From assembly GCA_002269645.1 (NCBI GenBank), contig NIVC01001689.1, positions 1 through 64,000 of the forward strand: a stretch of DNA of 64,000 nucleotides, given 5' to 3'. Numbering within the stretch: position 1 is the stretch's first letter; each line of letters opens with the position of its first letter. A model generated the notes under the pieces. The model saw only the letters and a program-made list of their open reading frames with translations. It had not been told where the DNA came from and did no database searches. Shown here piece after piece: positions 47,101 to 60,100 of the stretch. Made by a program: the position numbers and the translations under genes. Origin of the DNA: Macrostomum lignano (Eukaryota).

Positions 47101-48663
47101 GGATCGGGATTTTCGTTGCTATGGGGTTGGGATTTTGTTGCTATGGGGTTGGGATTTTCGTTGCTATGGGGTTGGGATTTTTGTTGCTATGGGATTGGGA
47201 TTTTCGTTGCTATGGGATTGGGATTTTTGTTGCTAAGGGATTGGGATTCTTAATATGGCTTTAGGATTCTGTTAATAGTTTGGCTGCGATGGGAAAATTG
47301 CGATAATTTGAAACTCTGGGATTGGAGCTCTATCTACAGGTCTGGGCGTCTGGGATACCTTGTCCTTGATTTACAACTTGGATTATCATTAGCTTAGGGA
47401 TTAGGGTGTTTAGTCACTGGGATTAAGGTACATAACAATATTTCCTGTGGGGAACCTGGCCGGCAACCAAGCTTAGGATTGGGGAATCTAGTAAGCGGGA
47501 ATTGAGGATAAGTAAAAAAGGTGGGCGCAGATGCCACCGAACTCCGCACCTTTTTCCTAGCAAAATGCTCCTCGCGCCACATCCGCTCAGCCAGGGCTTC
47601 GCCGCGGAATTTCACCTTGTCATCGTCGGCCGGGCAGGTCAGGAAGGCATTGGCGGCCTCCTTGTCGGCGTAGGTGGCGTACACGCTGCCCTTGAACTTC
47701 TTCGTGTTCACGTCCTTGCGCATCTGGATGTGCAGGGTGCGGCCGAACTGCTCAAGAAACGGCTGCACCTCGTCAAGGGTGGCGTCTTCTGGGAAGCCTT
47801 TGGCGTACACGGCGGAGTCTTTGTGCTTCTGCACCGCCTCTCTGTTGGCGGGGTGGATAGGAAACGGGATGCCAAATTAGCCACGAATCCCACCTGGATT
47901 GCCCAGATCCAGGATTATCCAAATCCCATCTGGATTATTCAAATCCCATCTGGATTATCCAAATCCCATCTGGATTATCCAAATCCCATCTGGATTATCC
48001 AAATCCCATCTGGATTATCCAAATCCCACCTGGATTACCCAGATCCAGGATTATCCAAATCCCATCTGGATTATTCAAATCCCATCTGGATTATCCAAAT
48101 CCCACCTGGATTACCCAGATCCAGGATTATCCAAATCCCATCTGGATTATTTAAATCCCATCTGGATTATCCAAATCCCACCTGGATTACCCAGATCCAG
48201 GATTATCCAAATCCCATCTGGATTATTCAAATCCCATCTGGATTATCCAAATCCCATCTGGATTATCCAAACTCCATCTAGATTATACAAATCCCACCTG
48301 GATTATCCAAATCCCATCTGGATCAACATCAACCCAAAATCCCATCCTGAAAAATCCTCAGTCTCACCTGAAGGAGTCAGGCGGAGGAGCGGAGACTACC
48401 CTGCGCACCTTGGAGTCGTCCTCGCTGAGCTCAATCAGTTCGGATTTCACAGCCTTGAGCGCGGCCACGATATTGTCGGCGTTCTCGGCAACAGACTTCA
48501 GCCGCTTGAACTTCAGCATGGTGTCCAGAGTGAACCAGCCGTCGTCGACCTTCATTTGTTCTTGCATGAACTTGTCCTTCGGCAGGTTGATGTCGCCGAA
48601 ATAGTACTCCAGCTGTTTGACAATTTTGTTCGATTGGGCATCTTCTTGGGCGTTCTCTGACAT
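41169..48663 (-). CDS. SSB: La/SSB RNA-binding protein, 4 exons, 386 aa
   Basis: Exons 48663-48368, 47841-47550, 46992-46730 and 41478-41169, GT-AG and phase-compatible (1161 nt). La motif KQLEYYFGDINLPKDKF, RRM1 VYAKGF...FKGSVYATY, RRM2 and an RGG-rich tail. Confidence 0.93.
41810..45869 (+). mobile_element. Full-length P-superfamily DNA transposon (4060 bp) with ~308-bp TIRs
   Basis: TIRs 41810-42117 and 45563-45869 are near-identical and begin CAGGG; 8-bp TSD CTGGGGAG. Confidence 0.93.
42269..45208 (+). CDS. THAP-domain P-element-type transposase, 4 exons, 864 aa if fully spliced
   Basis: Exons 42269-42403, 42552-42696, 42788-44734 and 44841-45208. THAP MPRKCCVQSC...W...VCEKHW; catalytic LFDEMY, VCDNHP and TDPLEGEFG. 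The third donor reads GAAAGT. Confidence 0.85.
47040..47245. repeat. ~21-bp minisatellite in La intron 2
   Basis: GGGATTTTGTTGCTATGGG units. Confidence 0.9.
47890..48345. repeat. 20-bp minisatellite in La intron 1
   Basis: GGATTATCCAAATCCCATCT units. Confidence 0.9.
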
Positions 48664-48789
48664 TGTGCCGGTTCCACTTGGCTGCAGTGGAAATTTGAGC
48701 AGTTTGTCAGCAAGCATGGAAGGCGCTGCAGTAGAGAATAATCTAGCAAAATACTGGCGTATGGTGGGCATAAAAGGGACACAGGAAGA

Positions 48790-50045
48790 GCATCAAAAGG
48801 ACAGGATGGTCATGGGAAAGACAAGAAGGACATGGAGAGGACAGGGAAAACATGGGGAGGACAAGGAGGGCATGGGGTGGGCATGGGGAGGACAGGGAGG
48901 ACATGGGGAGGACAGGATGGGCATGGGGAGGACAGGGTGGGCACGGGAGGACAATGACATGGGGAGGACAATGACATGGGGAGGACAGGGTGGACATAAG
49001 AGGACAGGGTGGGCATGGGGAGGACAGGGTGGGCATGGGGAGGACAGGGGGGACATGGGGAGGACAGGGTGGGCATGGGGAGGACAGGGTGGACATGGGG
49101 AGGACAGGGTGGACATGGGGAGGACAGGGAGGACATAAGAGGACAGGGTGGACATGGGGAGGACAGGGAGGACATAAGAGGACAGGGTGGGCATGGGGAG
49201 GACAGGGAGGACATGGGAGGACAGGGTGGACATGGGAGGACAGGGTGGACATGGGGAGGACAGGGAGGGCATGGGGAGGACAGGGAGGGCATGGGGAGGA
49301 CAGGGAGGACAGGGGAGGACAGGGTGGGCATGGGGAGGACAGGGTGGGCATGGGGAGGACAGGGTGGACATGGGGAGGACAGGGAGGACATAAGAGGACA
49401 GGGTGGACATGGGGAGGACAGGGTGGGCATGGGGAGGACAGGGGGGACATGGGGAGGACAGGGAGGACATGGGGAGGACATGGGGAGGACAGGGAGGACA
49501 TGGGGAGGACAGGGAGGACATGGGGAGGACAGGGTGGGCATGGGGAGGACAGGGTGGACATGGGGAGGACAGGGAGGACATAAGAGGACAGGGTGGACAT
49601 GGGGAGGACAGGGTGGGCATGGGGAGGACAGGGGGCATGAGGAGGACAGGGAGGACATGGGAGGACAGGGAGGACAGGGGAGGACAGGGTGGGCATGGGG
49701 AGGACAGGGTGGACATGGGGAGGACAGGGAGGACATAAGAGGACAGGGTGGACATGGGGAGGACAGGGTGGGCATGGGGAGGACAGGGGGGACATGGGGA
49801 GGACAGGGTGGGCATGGGGAGGACAGGGAGGACATGGGGAGGACAGGGTGGGCATGGGGAGGACAGGGTGGGCATGGGGAGGACAGGGAGGACATGGGGA
49901 GGACAGGGTGGGCATGGGGAGGACAGGGAGGACATGGGAGGACAGGGTGGACATGGGAGGACAGGGTGGACATGGGGAGGACAGGGAGGGCATGGGGAGG
50001 ACAGGGAGGACAGGGGGAAGACAGGGGGAATGGGAGGACATGTGA
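48790..50045. repeat. G-rich ~20-bp minisatellite (GGACAGGGTGGACATGGGGA) upstream of La
   Basis: Direct periodicity; all long ORFs here are repeat translations. Confidence 0.95.
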
Positions 50046-50904
50046 AGGGCACAGACAAGACAGTGCTCGCACAATATCGAATCAGTCTCATTTCCTAAGA
50101 ACTACTCTACGCACTGTACAATCTAAACTAATAAAAATGACCAAGCCAAACACAAGCCCGAGTTAATGAGTGTTAGACGGTGCTAATGAGGACAGACAAC
50201 ACAGTCTCTGCGTGCGGATGGTGAGTGCAAAGGCTGGTGCTGTTAAAGCGAGTCATATATTTAATTGTCTCAATACCCAGGTATGGTCAGGTATTTGAGA
50301 AGTTAGCTATCGGTTTAGCAGAGCTTTGCTGGACAAAACAAAGAAGCAGAGCGAAGCCTTTAGCTGAGAACTGAGACGCGACTCAACAGAAAAATCTGTA
50401 ATTATTATTTTGAAAATCAATCAGAACGGAGAGTAATTTAATTAGAAAATTAACAGGGGGCACGCGCGTGAAAATTTTACCTGGCTGGTAAATCAAAGAG
50501 TTTTTTTAAAGGTGCAAAAAATCCAGTTCCAGATGAGGGATAAAACGAACACAAAAAGCAGTCACTATACAGCAAGGTATCGCCACCAGAACACAGCCCC
50601 AGTCTGTCACTGCAGTCAGGGAAAATTAATGATAAAATAATAAATTATTATTATTATTAAAGCAAAGTAGACAGAGACGCCTTGAAGAATTCGCTTGTTT
50701 AAATAATTTTTTTCTGATTTTCAGGTCTACCGAACAGCGCGTTTCAATGACAGTCGATGAGAATTTTGCTGCTTTTGTGGGATAAAATATATTTTTTCAA
50801 TTTTCACTAAACGAAAATTCTGGATAGATAAGCGTGAGCGGGCCTCTGATAGCGGTAGCAGTCTGGCTTCCATCCATCATCATCAGATTATTAATCCCCA
50901 GTTG

Positions 50905-51260
50905 CATCCCCAAATATCCCCAAAACACAGTCAGATCCCCAAATATCCCCAAAACACAGTCAGATCCCTAAATATCCCCAAAACACAGTCAGATCCCCAA
51001 ATATCCCCCAAAACACAGTCAGATCCCAAATTATCCCCAAAACACAGTCAGATCCCCAAAAAATCCCAAAACACTATTAACTTCCCAACACCCCCCAAAA
51101 CACTATCAGCTCCCCAAAAATCCCCCAAAATACGATCGGCTCCCCAAAAATCCCCCAAAACACCATCAGCCCCCCAAAACACTATCTGCTCCCTAAAGAT
51201 TCCCCAAAAACACTATCAGCTCCCCAACAATCCCGAAATACACTATCTTGCAGATAGCTT
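50905..51260. repeat. Degenerate C-rich ~30-bp tandem repeat
   Basis: CAGTCAGATCCCCAAATATCCCCAAAACA-like units. Confidence 0.8.
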
Positions 51261-51448
51261 GCAGATCTTGCGACAATCGAATACTCCAACAGCTCTTACT
51301 CCATACTAACAGAGGCCCAGTCAAGTACAACAGGCACAACAATCAGTTTGATTAATATGTATGATATCAATTCCGAAATGTGTATCTCAAGTCCAGTTCA
51401 TCATCAACTCATCAGCCTCCCGCTTTCGCATCCGTCCAGACGCCGAAC

Positions 51449-52177
51449 TCAATTCTTGCTCTTCTTGCGCTTCTCCTTGCCGCCATCATCCTGCTGCTTC
51501 ATCAGCAGGATGAGCACAACGCGGAACACCTCCACGACGTCCATGAACAGGTCCAGGCAGTGCGAGATGTAGTCCTTGTCGCCCATGCGGGCCATCTCCA
51601 CAATCTTCTGGGTGTCGTACACCATGAAGCCGCAGAACACCAGCAGGGTGAGCTTCAGCGTCAAGTCGAACATGAAGGGCGAGCGGACGAAGATGTTCGC
51701 CAGGCTGAGCAGGAGCAGCACGGTCAGGCCGGAGGCCAGCGGCCCGGCCAGGTACATCATCCAGCGGCTGGTCTTAGCCAGCAGGGCGGCGCCGCAGAAG
51801 CAGACGGTGACAACCATGGTGATGATGATGGCGTTAACCAGGATGCTGGGATCCATGTCGATGGCCAGGCTGATGAGAGGCGCCATGCCGGAGCCGGACA
51901 GGGCGCAGAAGGCGGCGAAGGCGGCGTGCCGCTCCGGGCCGAAGGTGTCGCGGCCGCTCTGGATGTACAGCAGCAGGCCGAGGCTGGCCAGGGCGGCCAC
52001 CAGGCCGTACAGCGGCACCAGGTACATGCCGATGTAGGCGCCAGCGGCGGCAGCCAGGAGGCCCATGGCAAGACAGGCGTACACGCGCTGCAGATGGGAG
52101 CAGACGTGGCTCTCCAGGTGGGAGAGGTCGAACAGGCCGTTCATGGTGAGCCGGTGTCGGTTCAGCAGGGTGTCCAT
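51449..52177 (-). CDS. TMBIM6: Bax inhibitor 1 (intronless), 242 aa
   Basis: HLQRVY N-terminal motif, multiple TM helices, YDTQKIVE...DYISHCLDLFMD (di-aspartate region) and a basic C-terminal tail. Confidence 0.92.
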   Translation of the reverse strand: MDTLLNRHRLTMNGLFDLSHLESHVCSHLQRVYACLAMGLLAAAAGAYIGMYLVPLYGLVAALASLGLLLYIQSGRDTFGPERHAAFAAFCALSGSGMAPLISLAIDMDPSILVNAIIITMVVTVCFCGAALLAKTSRWMMYLAGPLASGLTVLLLLSLANIFVRSPFMFDLTLKLTLLVFCGFMVYDTQKIVEMARMGDKDYISHCLDLFMDVVEVFRVVLILLMKQQDDGGKEKRKKSKN

Positions 52178-52453
52178 GGCAGTTTAGTTTGCAATGAGCA
52201 GTAAAAGCCAATTTGTGAGTTAGACAATGGAAACTATGTGTATGTATTCTACCATGTGGCTGCTATCCCACCTTGTTACAAATAAATTAAATTAGGCTCT
52301 CGTTTGATGACAAAAATCATTGACAGTAAAAATGAGATCTTGGTTTGATTTCATAGCAAAACTGTGCAAATTTTGCTAGCAGACAAATAAAATATGGATC
52401 CCAGTTTTTCACAATCTAGGCCTGCGGGCTGGACTAAAGTGGATTAAAACAAG

Positions 52454-52727
52454 CATACATGCGCAACAGTCGGCCGAGTCGGCCGATTTGGCCGACCGAT
52501 TTGGCGGCCAACCAAGGAAGTTGCAAAAATGCCCACCCAAAGAATACCCAAGTGGTAGTACTAAGTAGCTGACGAGGCATTCTGGCTTAGTAAGACAGTC
52601 ATAGTTACTCCTGCCGTTTACCCAAAGTTGCGATAATTTTGCTTTAGGGTTTTTTTTACATGTAAGTCGCATTTTTGTTAAAACTAAGTCGCACGGCCGA
52701 CCGAATTTTCGAGGTTGCGCATGTATG
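52454..52727. mobile_element. MITE with CATACATGCGCAAC TIRs, copy 1
   Basis: Perfect 14-bp TIRs; 8-bp TSD AAAACAAG. Confidence 0.88.
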
Positions 52728-52908
52728 AAAACAAGCATAAATAATTTAATTATTTGTATAGTAATATATAGTTATTATATAGTAGCTATATAAATGGACT
52801 GATCATTTGCAATAGTTTTTAACTTTATATATGAAAAACTATAATAACAATCTGCTAAATTATATATAGTTGTACATATTGTAAATATATCATGTATATC
52901 TATATTCC

Positions 52909-53018
52909 CAGTGGCACAACTGGGGAGGTCGCTTCACAAGCTCGAAAAGCACTTCCTTTCACAAACCCGAAACTTCATAAGCTCGAAATTTCATATCCTC
53001 AAAACTGTAATTTAAGCT

Positions 53019-53052
<34 letters not shown>

Positions 53053-53120
53053 CTAAGATAGACAAGACAGACAGACAGACACTAAGACACTAAGATAGAC
53101 AGACAGACAGACAGACACTA

Positions 53121-53161
<41 letters not shown>

Positions 53162-53164
53162 CTA

Positions 53165-53199
<35 letters not shown>

Positions 53200-53448
53200 T
53201 AGACAGACACTAAGACACCAAGATAGACAGACAGACAGACAGACACTAAGACACCAAGATAGACAGACACTAAGACACTAAGACACTAAGACACCAAGAT
53301 AGACAGACAGACAGACAGACAGACACTAAGACACCAAGATAGACAGACAGACAGACACTAAGACACCAAGATAGACAGACAGACAGACAGACAGAGACTA
53401 AGACACCAAGATAGACAGACAGACAGACACTAAGACACTAAGACACCA

Positions 53449-53481
<33 letters not shown>

Positions 53482-53492
53482 CTAAGACACCA

Positions 53493-53529
<37 letters not shown>

Positions 53530-53568
53530 AAAAGACAGACAGACAGACAGACACTAAGACACCAAGAT

Positions 53569-53607
<39 letters not shown>

Positions 53608-53870
53608 GTACATTTTCGAGGATATGAAATTTCGAGCTTATGAAGTTTCGGGTTTGTGAAGTCGGCTGCTAAAATGGTTTTCAAGGTTTTGAAATTTCGA
53701 GGTTGTGAAATTTGAGCTTGTGAAAGCAACCCTTCAGGAGGAGGCTTGAAAAAAATCAAAAGGGGGACCAAGTGAATTTATGCCAAAAACAGAGCCACCC
53801 CTCCAACCCTCCTCCCAAGGTTTTACCTTGCAGAATCTGCCTCCTTAACAAATTTCTGGTTGTGCTACTG
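52909..53870. mobile_element. hAT-like non-autonomous element with internal inverted repeat and GACA microsatellite
   Basis: TIRs CAGTGGCACAAC / GTTGTGCTACTG (11/12); 8-bp TSD TATATTCC; inner 43-bp perfect inverted repeat at 52958 and 53660. Confidence 0.8.
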
Positions 53871-54862
53871 TATATTCCCTATTGGAATAACTGCATACAT
53901 GATACACAACTATCTGCCACACAATGTTGTTAAATTTTGGTGCTGCACTACACTACTGCAAATTAGTCATATACATGTATAGGGTCTATATTGATATATA
54001 TACTTATTATGAGTATTTTATTATAGAACATCCATTTATCTAAAGATGAGTAGAAATCATTTTGAAGGGTAACCACTTCCAAACAATACTATTTATTTAT
54101 GTTGCACAAATGTAAAAGGTAGTAATAACTTATAGCATCAATAATATAGTAGGCCTATATAGCCAATAGACTTGGAGAAAGGGTAGCAGTTATCAATGAA
54201 TATGGTCAATAAACCAAAGGACATAGATATAGGCTTACTCCACAATGCACATTGAAAAAATTCACTTGTAATATATAACTTTTTTGCATGAAGATTTTAC
54301 AATTGGACCAAAGGGATACCTAAACCTAGTAATCGCACATGAATAATAATAGACAGATAATACCACATTTTTGAGATTTTTGAGATTGGAAATCTATACT
54401 TATGAGACAATAAAGATTCAAAACTAAGCCCAATTAGCATCTAATACTAATAGGCTCATTTACATTATTCTACCTATCAAAGCTAATATTGTTATTTGTA
54501 ATATGTACAATAAAAATAATAGAAAAAAAACAATATTAATATTGAGCTTGTTAAGAACTAGATGTATATTAAATACAAATATGATAAATATCAATAATGA
54601 ATATTAAGTTAGGCCTAAGATTATCCTGTTTCTATTGCATTATCACTGAAATAAAATAAAATAACTTGACTAAGCCTAAGCCTAATATAGTAGACATATT
54701 GCCTATTGGAATGAATCCAGCAATATAGTATTAAACTAGGTAATAATGGCATAGACAAGGGGGATAAAGGAATATATCCCCCCTAGGGCTATGGGGATGT
54801 AGTGTAAGGGCATATATGAAAGTTTTTGTATATAATATTAATAAGCAATATAGTCTCACCAG

Positions 54863-55614
54863 GGGCCAATTGCATGAAGCAAGTACAAGACAAGTTGATA
54901 ATTTACAAGTGACAAGTTTAAAATATCACAATTATTGCATTTCATGATAAAAGATAACAATTTAACAAGTTATAAGTGATAAGTGACCATTTGTCAAGCC
55001 ATTTTTACCATTTGTTTGGCCATAGACAACATAGGTTTAGCTTGAGAACTATTGAAGGTTCCCACTTGTCAATGACAAGTCTACAAGTGGCCTAAGCTCT
55101 TGTCAACAGTCTATTTAGATAGAGAAATAGACACATAATAGCAAGCATACAGAATTCCTCTGTTCTCAATTTGTGAATCCACTTAAAATAAGCATGTTTA
55201 GCTATAGTGAAAAAGAAGATGCTCTTCTCAATGAAGCTTATGCAGTGCAGATCTTCAAAGAAACATTTTCCTCAATTTTTTCTAGAAGAAATAGTTTGTC
55301 CTTACAAGTATTTTTCATTTTAGGCTTAAAGAGATATAGAATGAAATAAACCAAAAAATGACACTTATAATTTAAACACTAATTATTTATAAGCAAAGCT
55401 CAGAGTTCAAAATTTGATGGTTTAAAGCCAAAGTTTATAGCCTTGGAAAAATGATTATAAGACCTAGTTGACCCATAGACTGCACAACTTAAGTCCTATT
55501 TTTAAACTTGACAAGTAGTTGCTAAATTCTCAGAAACTGAAATCCCTGCCACTTATCATTTATAATTTGTCAAGTTGTTGCTTATCACTTATACTTGCTT
55601 CATGAAATTGGCCC
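54863..55614. mobile_element. PIF/Harbinger-like MITE
   Basis: 23-bp TIRs GGGCCAATTGCATGAAGCAAGTA / TACTTGCTTCATGAAATTGGCCC (1 mismatch); possible CAG target. Confidence 0.65.
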
Positions 55615-56229
55615 AGTTGTATCCTCTTATGAAAAATTTCTAGCTATGCCTCTTAGCCTCTGCTAGGTAAAATGCAAAACTATATACAAGGTCTAATTTG
55701 AGGATACAATTTTGAAAGTAAGGATGTTATATAGCATCCCTATTGGACAAAATGACAAAAGTAAACCTAGGTAGGCCCCTCACTCTCAGAGCTGTTACAC
55801 AATATACTAGAAAAAATGAGTCCTTGCATCATAAATCCAAATTTATCCTAGAAAAACAAATTTACTCATGATCTATATACCAGACATCAAAACATATCAA
55901 AACATATCAAAAAGTATTGCAACAATAAAAGACCTTTTTTGCTTTGCAACAATATAAGACCCTTTTTGTATTATGACATTTGGTATTTTGTATGCTAATA
56001 GCTATGCTACTAGCAATCTACGCCCCCGTTGGGGAGCCAAAGAAATGCAATAGCTACACGTTTTTTTAATAAGCTACATGTATCCTTGAAATCTTAAAAA
56101 ATCTCCTGTCAAACCTTGTAAGCCTTGACATGTCAGTAATTCCCCACCACAAGCTTTAACATATCAACTCCCCCCCCTTGACATCTTAGCAATGCCCCCA
56201 ATAAGCCTTGGAAATCTAAAAAATCTGTC

Positions 56230-56290
56230 AACCTTCTAACCCTAACCCTAGCCTAACCCTAACCCTAACCCTAACCCTAACCTAACCCTA
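56230..56290. repeat. Short interstitial telomere-type (CCCTAA)n tract
   Basis: About 8 imperfect CCCTAA units. Confidence 0.8.
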
Positions 56291-57169
56291 AAGCATTGAC
56301 ATTTCAGTAATTCTCTCTAAGAGTCATTATAGCACTGCTACAGCATTATAGCGATTTCCTGCAAGCCTCGACATCGTAGGGATTCCCAAATGAATCTCTT
56401 AACTTCGACATGAAGCTTCTTTTATTTTTTACATTACGCTTTTTTTATCAGCAATCCCTCCCCTGAGGAGGCATCAAATAATGTAATAAAAAGTTTTCAA
56501 TAAACTTTACATGATTGTTTACATGTAGCTTCTGACTTTAGCTTTGAAATCTCATTTATACCCCCGTGAGCCTTGACATCTCAGCTATTCCCCCCGTAAG
56601 CCTTGACATGTCAGCAATGGCCTCCATAAACCTTGAAATCTGAAAAATCCCCCGTTAACCTTGAAACCCGATAAAATATAACCCTCAACCCACACCTGAC
56701 CTAAACCTAACTTTAACCCAACCTAAAGCCTTAAATCTCAGCAATTCTTCTCCCTCCAAGCTTTGACATCATAGCAATTCCCTAATGAATCTTTTAACTT
56801 CGACATGACTTTTCTTTTATGTATTACATAGTGCTACTTTTATTTTTTTACATGACTCTTCTTCTATCAGCGACCCCCCCCCGTGGCGAGCCAACAAAGA
56901 ATGTAATAAAAAAATTGAGTAAAGTACATGAACTTTGAAGTAGCTTCTGACTTTTGCTTTGACATCTCAGCAACCCCCCCCCCGTAATCTCAGTTATTCT
57001 CTGAGAGCCTTTGCGTCTTAGTTTTTCTCCCCAGCACAGCATTATAGCTGCATTTATTTTTACATGACACCCTTCATGTCTGACATGACGCTTCTTTTAT
57101 TCTACCATGATGCTTCTTAATTTTTAAATGACACTTTCCTTAGTTTTTAAATGAGGCTTCAATGATTTT

Positions 57170-60100
57170 TTCATGATGCTTCTATGATTTTAACATGACG
57201 CTTCTATGATTTTTTACATGACGCTTCTATGATTTTTTCTTGACGCTTCTATAATTTTTACATGACGCTTCTATGATTTTTTACATGACGCTTCTATGAT
57301 TGTTTACATGACGCTTCTCTGATTGTTTACATGACGCTTCTATGATTTTTTTAAAAAACGCTTTCTATGATTTTTAAATGACGCTTCTACGATTTTTTAC
57401 ATGACGCTCCTATGATTGTTTACATGACGCTTCTATGATTTTTTACATGACGCTTCTATGATTGTTTACATGACGCTTCTATGATTGTTTACATGACGCA
57501 TCTATCATTTTTACATAACGCTTCTATGATTTTTACATGACGCTTCTACGATTTTTACATGACGCTTCTATGATTTTTTACATGACGCTACTATGATTTT
57601 TACATGACGCTACTATGATTTTTACATGACGCTACTATGATTTTTACATGACGCTACTATGATTTTTACATGACGCTACTATGATTTTTACATGACGCTT
57701 TTATGATTTTTTACATGACGCTTTGATGATTTTTTACATGACGCTTCTACGATTTTGGCAGGACGATTCTATGATTTTACATGACGCTTCTATGATTTTT
57801 TACATGACGCTTCTATGATTGTTTCATGACGCTTCTATGATTTTTACATGACGCTTCTATGATTGTTTACATTCTTCTATGCGTGTTTACATGACGCTTC
57901 TATGATTGTTTAAATGACGCTTGAATGATTGTTTACATGACGCTTGAATGATTGTTTACATGACGCTTTTATGATTGTTTACATGACGCTTCTATGATTG
58001 TTTACATGACGCTTCTAGGATTGTTTACATGACGCTTCTATGATTGTTTACATGACGCTTCTAGGATTGTTTACATGACGCTTCTAGGATTGTTTACATG
58101 ATGCTTCTATGATTGTTTACATGACGCTTCTATGATTGTTTCATGACGCTTCTATGATTGTTTACATGACGCTTCAAGGATTTTTTACATGAGGCTTCTA
58201 CGATTTTGGCAGGACGATTCTATGACTTTACATGACGCTTCTATGATTTTTACATGACGCTTTTATGATTTTTACATGGCACTTCTATGATTGTTTATAT
58301 GACGCTTCTATGATTGTTTACATGACGCTTCTAGGATTGTTTACATGGCGCTTCTATGATTGTTTACATGACGCTTCTAGGATTGTTTACATGACAATTC
58401 TAGGATTGTTTACATGATGCTTCTATGATTGTTTACATGACGCTTCTATGATTGTTTACATGACGCTTCTATGATTTTTACATGACGCTTCTATGATTTT
58501 TACATGACGCTTCTATGATTTTTACATGACGTTTTTATGATTTTTTACATGACGCTTTGATGATTTTTTACATGACGCTTCTACGATTTTGGCAGGACGA
58601 TTCTATGATTTTACATGACGCTTCTATGATTTTTTACATGACGCTTCTATGATTGTTTCATGACGCTTCTATGATTTTTACATGACGCTTCTATGATTGT
58701 TTACATTCTTCTATGCTTGTTTACATGACGCTTTTATGATTGTTTACATTCTTCAATGCTTGTTTACATGACGCTTCTATGATTGTTTAAATGACGCTTG
58801 AATGATTGTTTATATGACGCTTGAATGATTGTTTACATGACGCTTTTATGATTTTTACATGGCGCTTCTATGATTGTTTACATGACGCTTCTATGATTGT
58901 TTACATGACGCTTCTATGATTGTTTACATGACGCTTCTAAGATTTTTTACATGACGCTTCTACGATTTTTTACATGACGCTTCTATGATTGTTTACATGA
59001 CGCTTCTATGATTGTTTACATGACGCTTCTAAGATTTTTTACATGACGCTTCTACGATTTTTTACATGACGCTTTTATGATTGTTTACATGACGCTTCTA
59101 TGATTTTTACATGACGCTTCTATGATTGTTTCATGACGCTTCTATGATTGTTTACATGACGCTTCTATGATTTTTACATGACGCTTCTATGATTGTTTAT
59201 ATGACGCTTCTATGATTGTTTACATGACGCTTCTATGATTGTTTCATGACGCTTCTATGATTTTTACATGACGCTTCTATGATTTTTACATGACGCTTCT
59301 ATGATTGTTTACATGACGCTTCTATGATTTTTACATGACGCTTCTATGATTTTTTACATGACGCTACTATGATTTTTACATGACGCTACTATGATTTTTA
59401 CATGACGCTACTATGATTTTTACATGACGCTACTATGATTTTTACATGAGGCTACTATGATTTTTACATGACGCTTTTATGATTTTTTACATGACGCTTT
59501 GATGATTTTTTACATGACGCTTCTACGATTTTGGCAGGACGATTCTATGATTTTACATGACGCTTCTATGATTTTTTACATGACGCTTCTATGATTGTTT
59601 CATGACGCTTCTATGATTTTTACATGACGCTTCTATGATTGTTTACATTCTTCTATGCGTGTTTACATGACGCTTCTATGATTGTTTAAATGACGCTTGA
59701 ATGATTGTTTACATGACGCTTGAATGATTGTTTACATGACGCTTTTATGATTTTTACATGGCACTTCTATGATTGTTTACATGACGCTTCTATGATTGTT
59801 TACATGACGCTTCTAGGATTGTTTACATGACGCTTCTATGATTGTTTACATGACGCTTCTAGGATTGTTTACATGACGCTTCTAGGATTGTTTACATGAT
59901 GCTTCTATGATTGTTTACATGACGCTTCTATGATTGTTTCATGACGCTTCTATGATTGTTTACATGACGCTTCAAGGATTTTTTACATGACGCTTCTACG
60001 ATTTTGGCAGGACGATTCTATGACTTTACATGACGCTTCTATGATTTTTACATGACGCTTTTATGATTTTTACATGGCACTTCTATGATTGTTTACATGA

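Noticed and set aside
45694-50166. Pro- or Gly-rich ORFs in La introns and upstream
   Set aside because: Translations of tandem repeats, open in multiple frames.
51380-52204. 274-aa ORF antisense to BI-1
   Set aside because: A shadow ORF expected from strong GC3 codon bias; the same applies to antisense ORFs over the receptor and YR-element exons.
56230-56290. True telomere or chromosome-fusion scar
   Set aside because: Only about 60 bp, imperfect, single orientation and embedded in a repeated unit.
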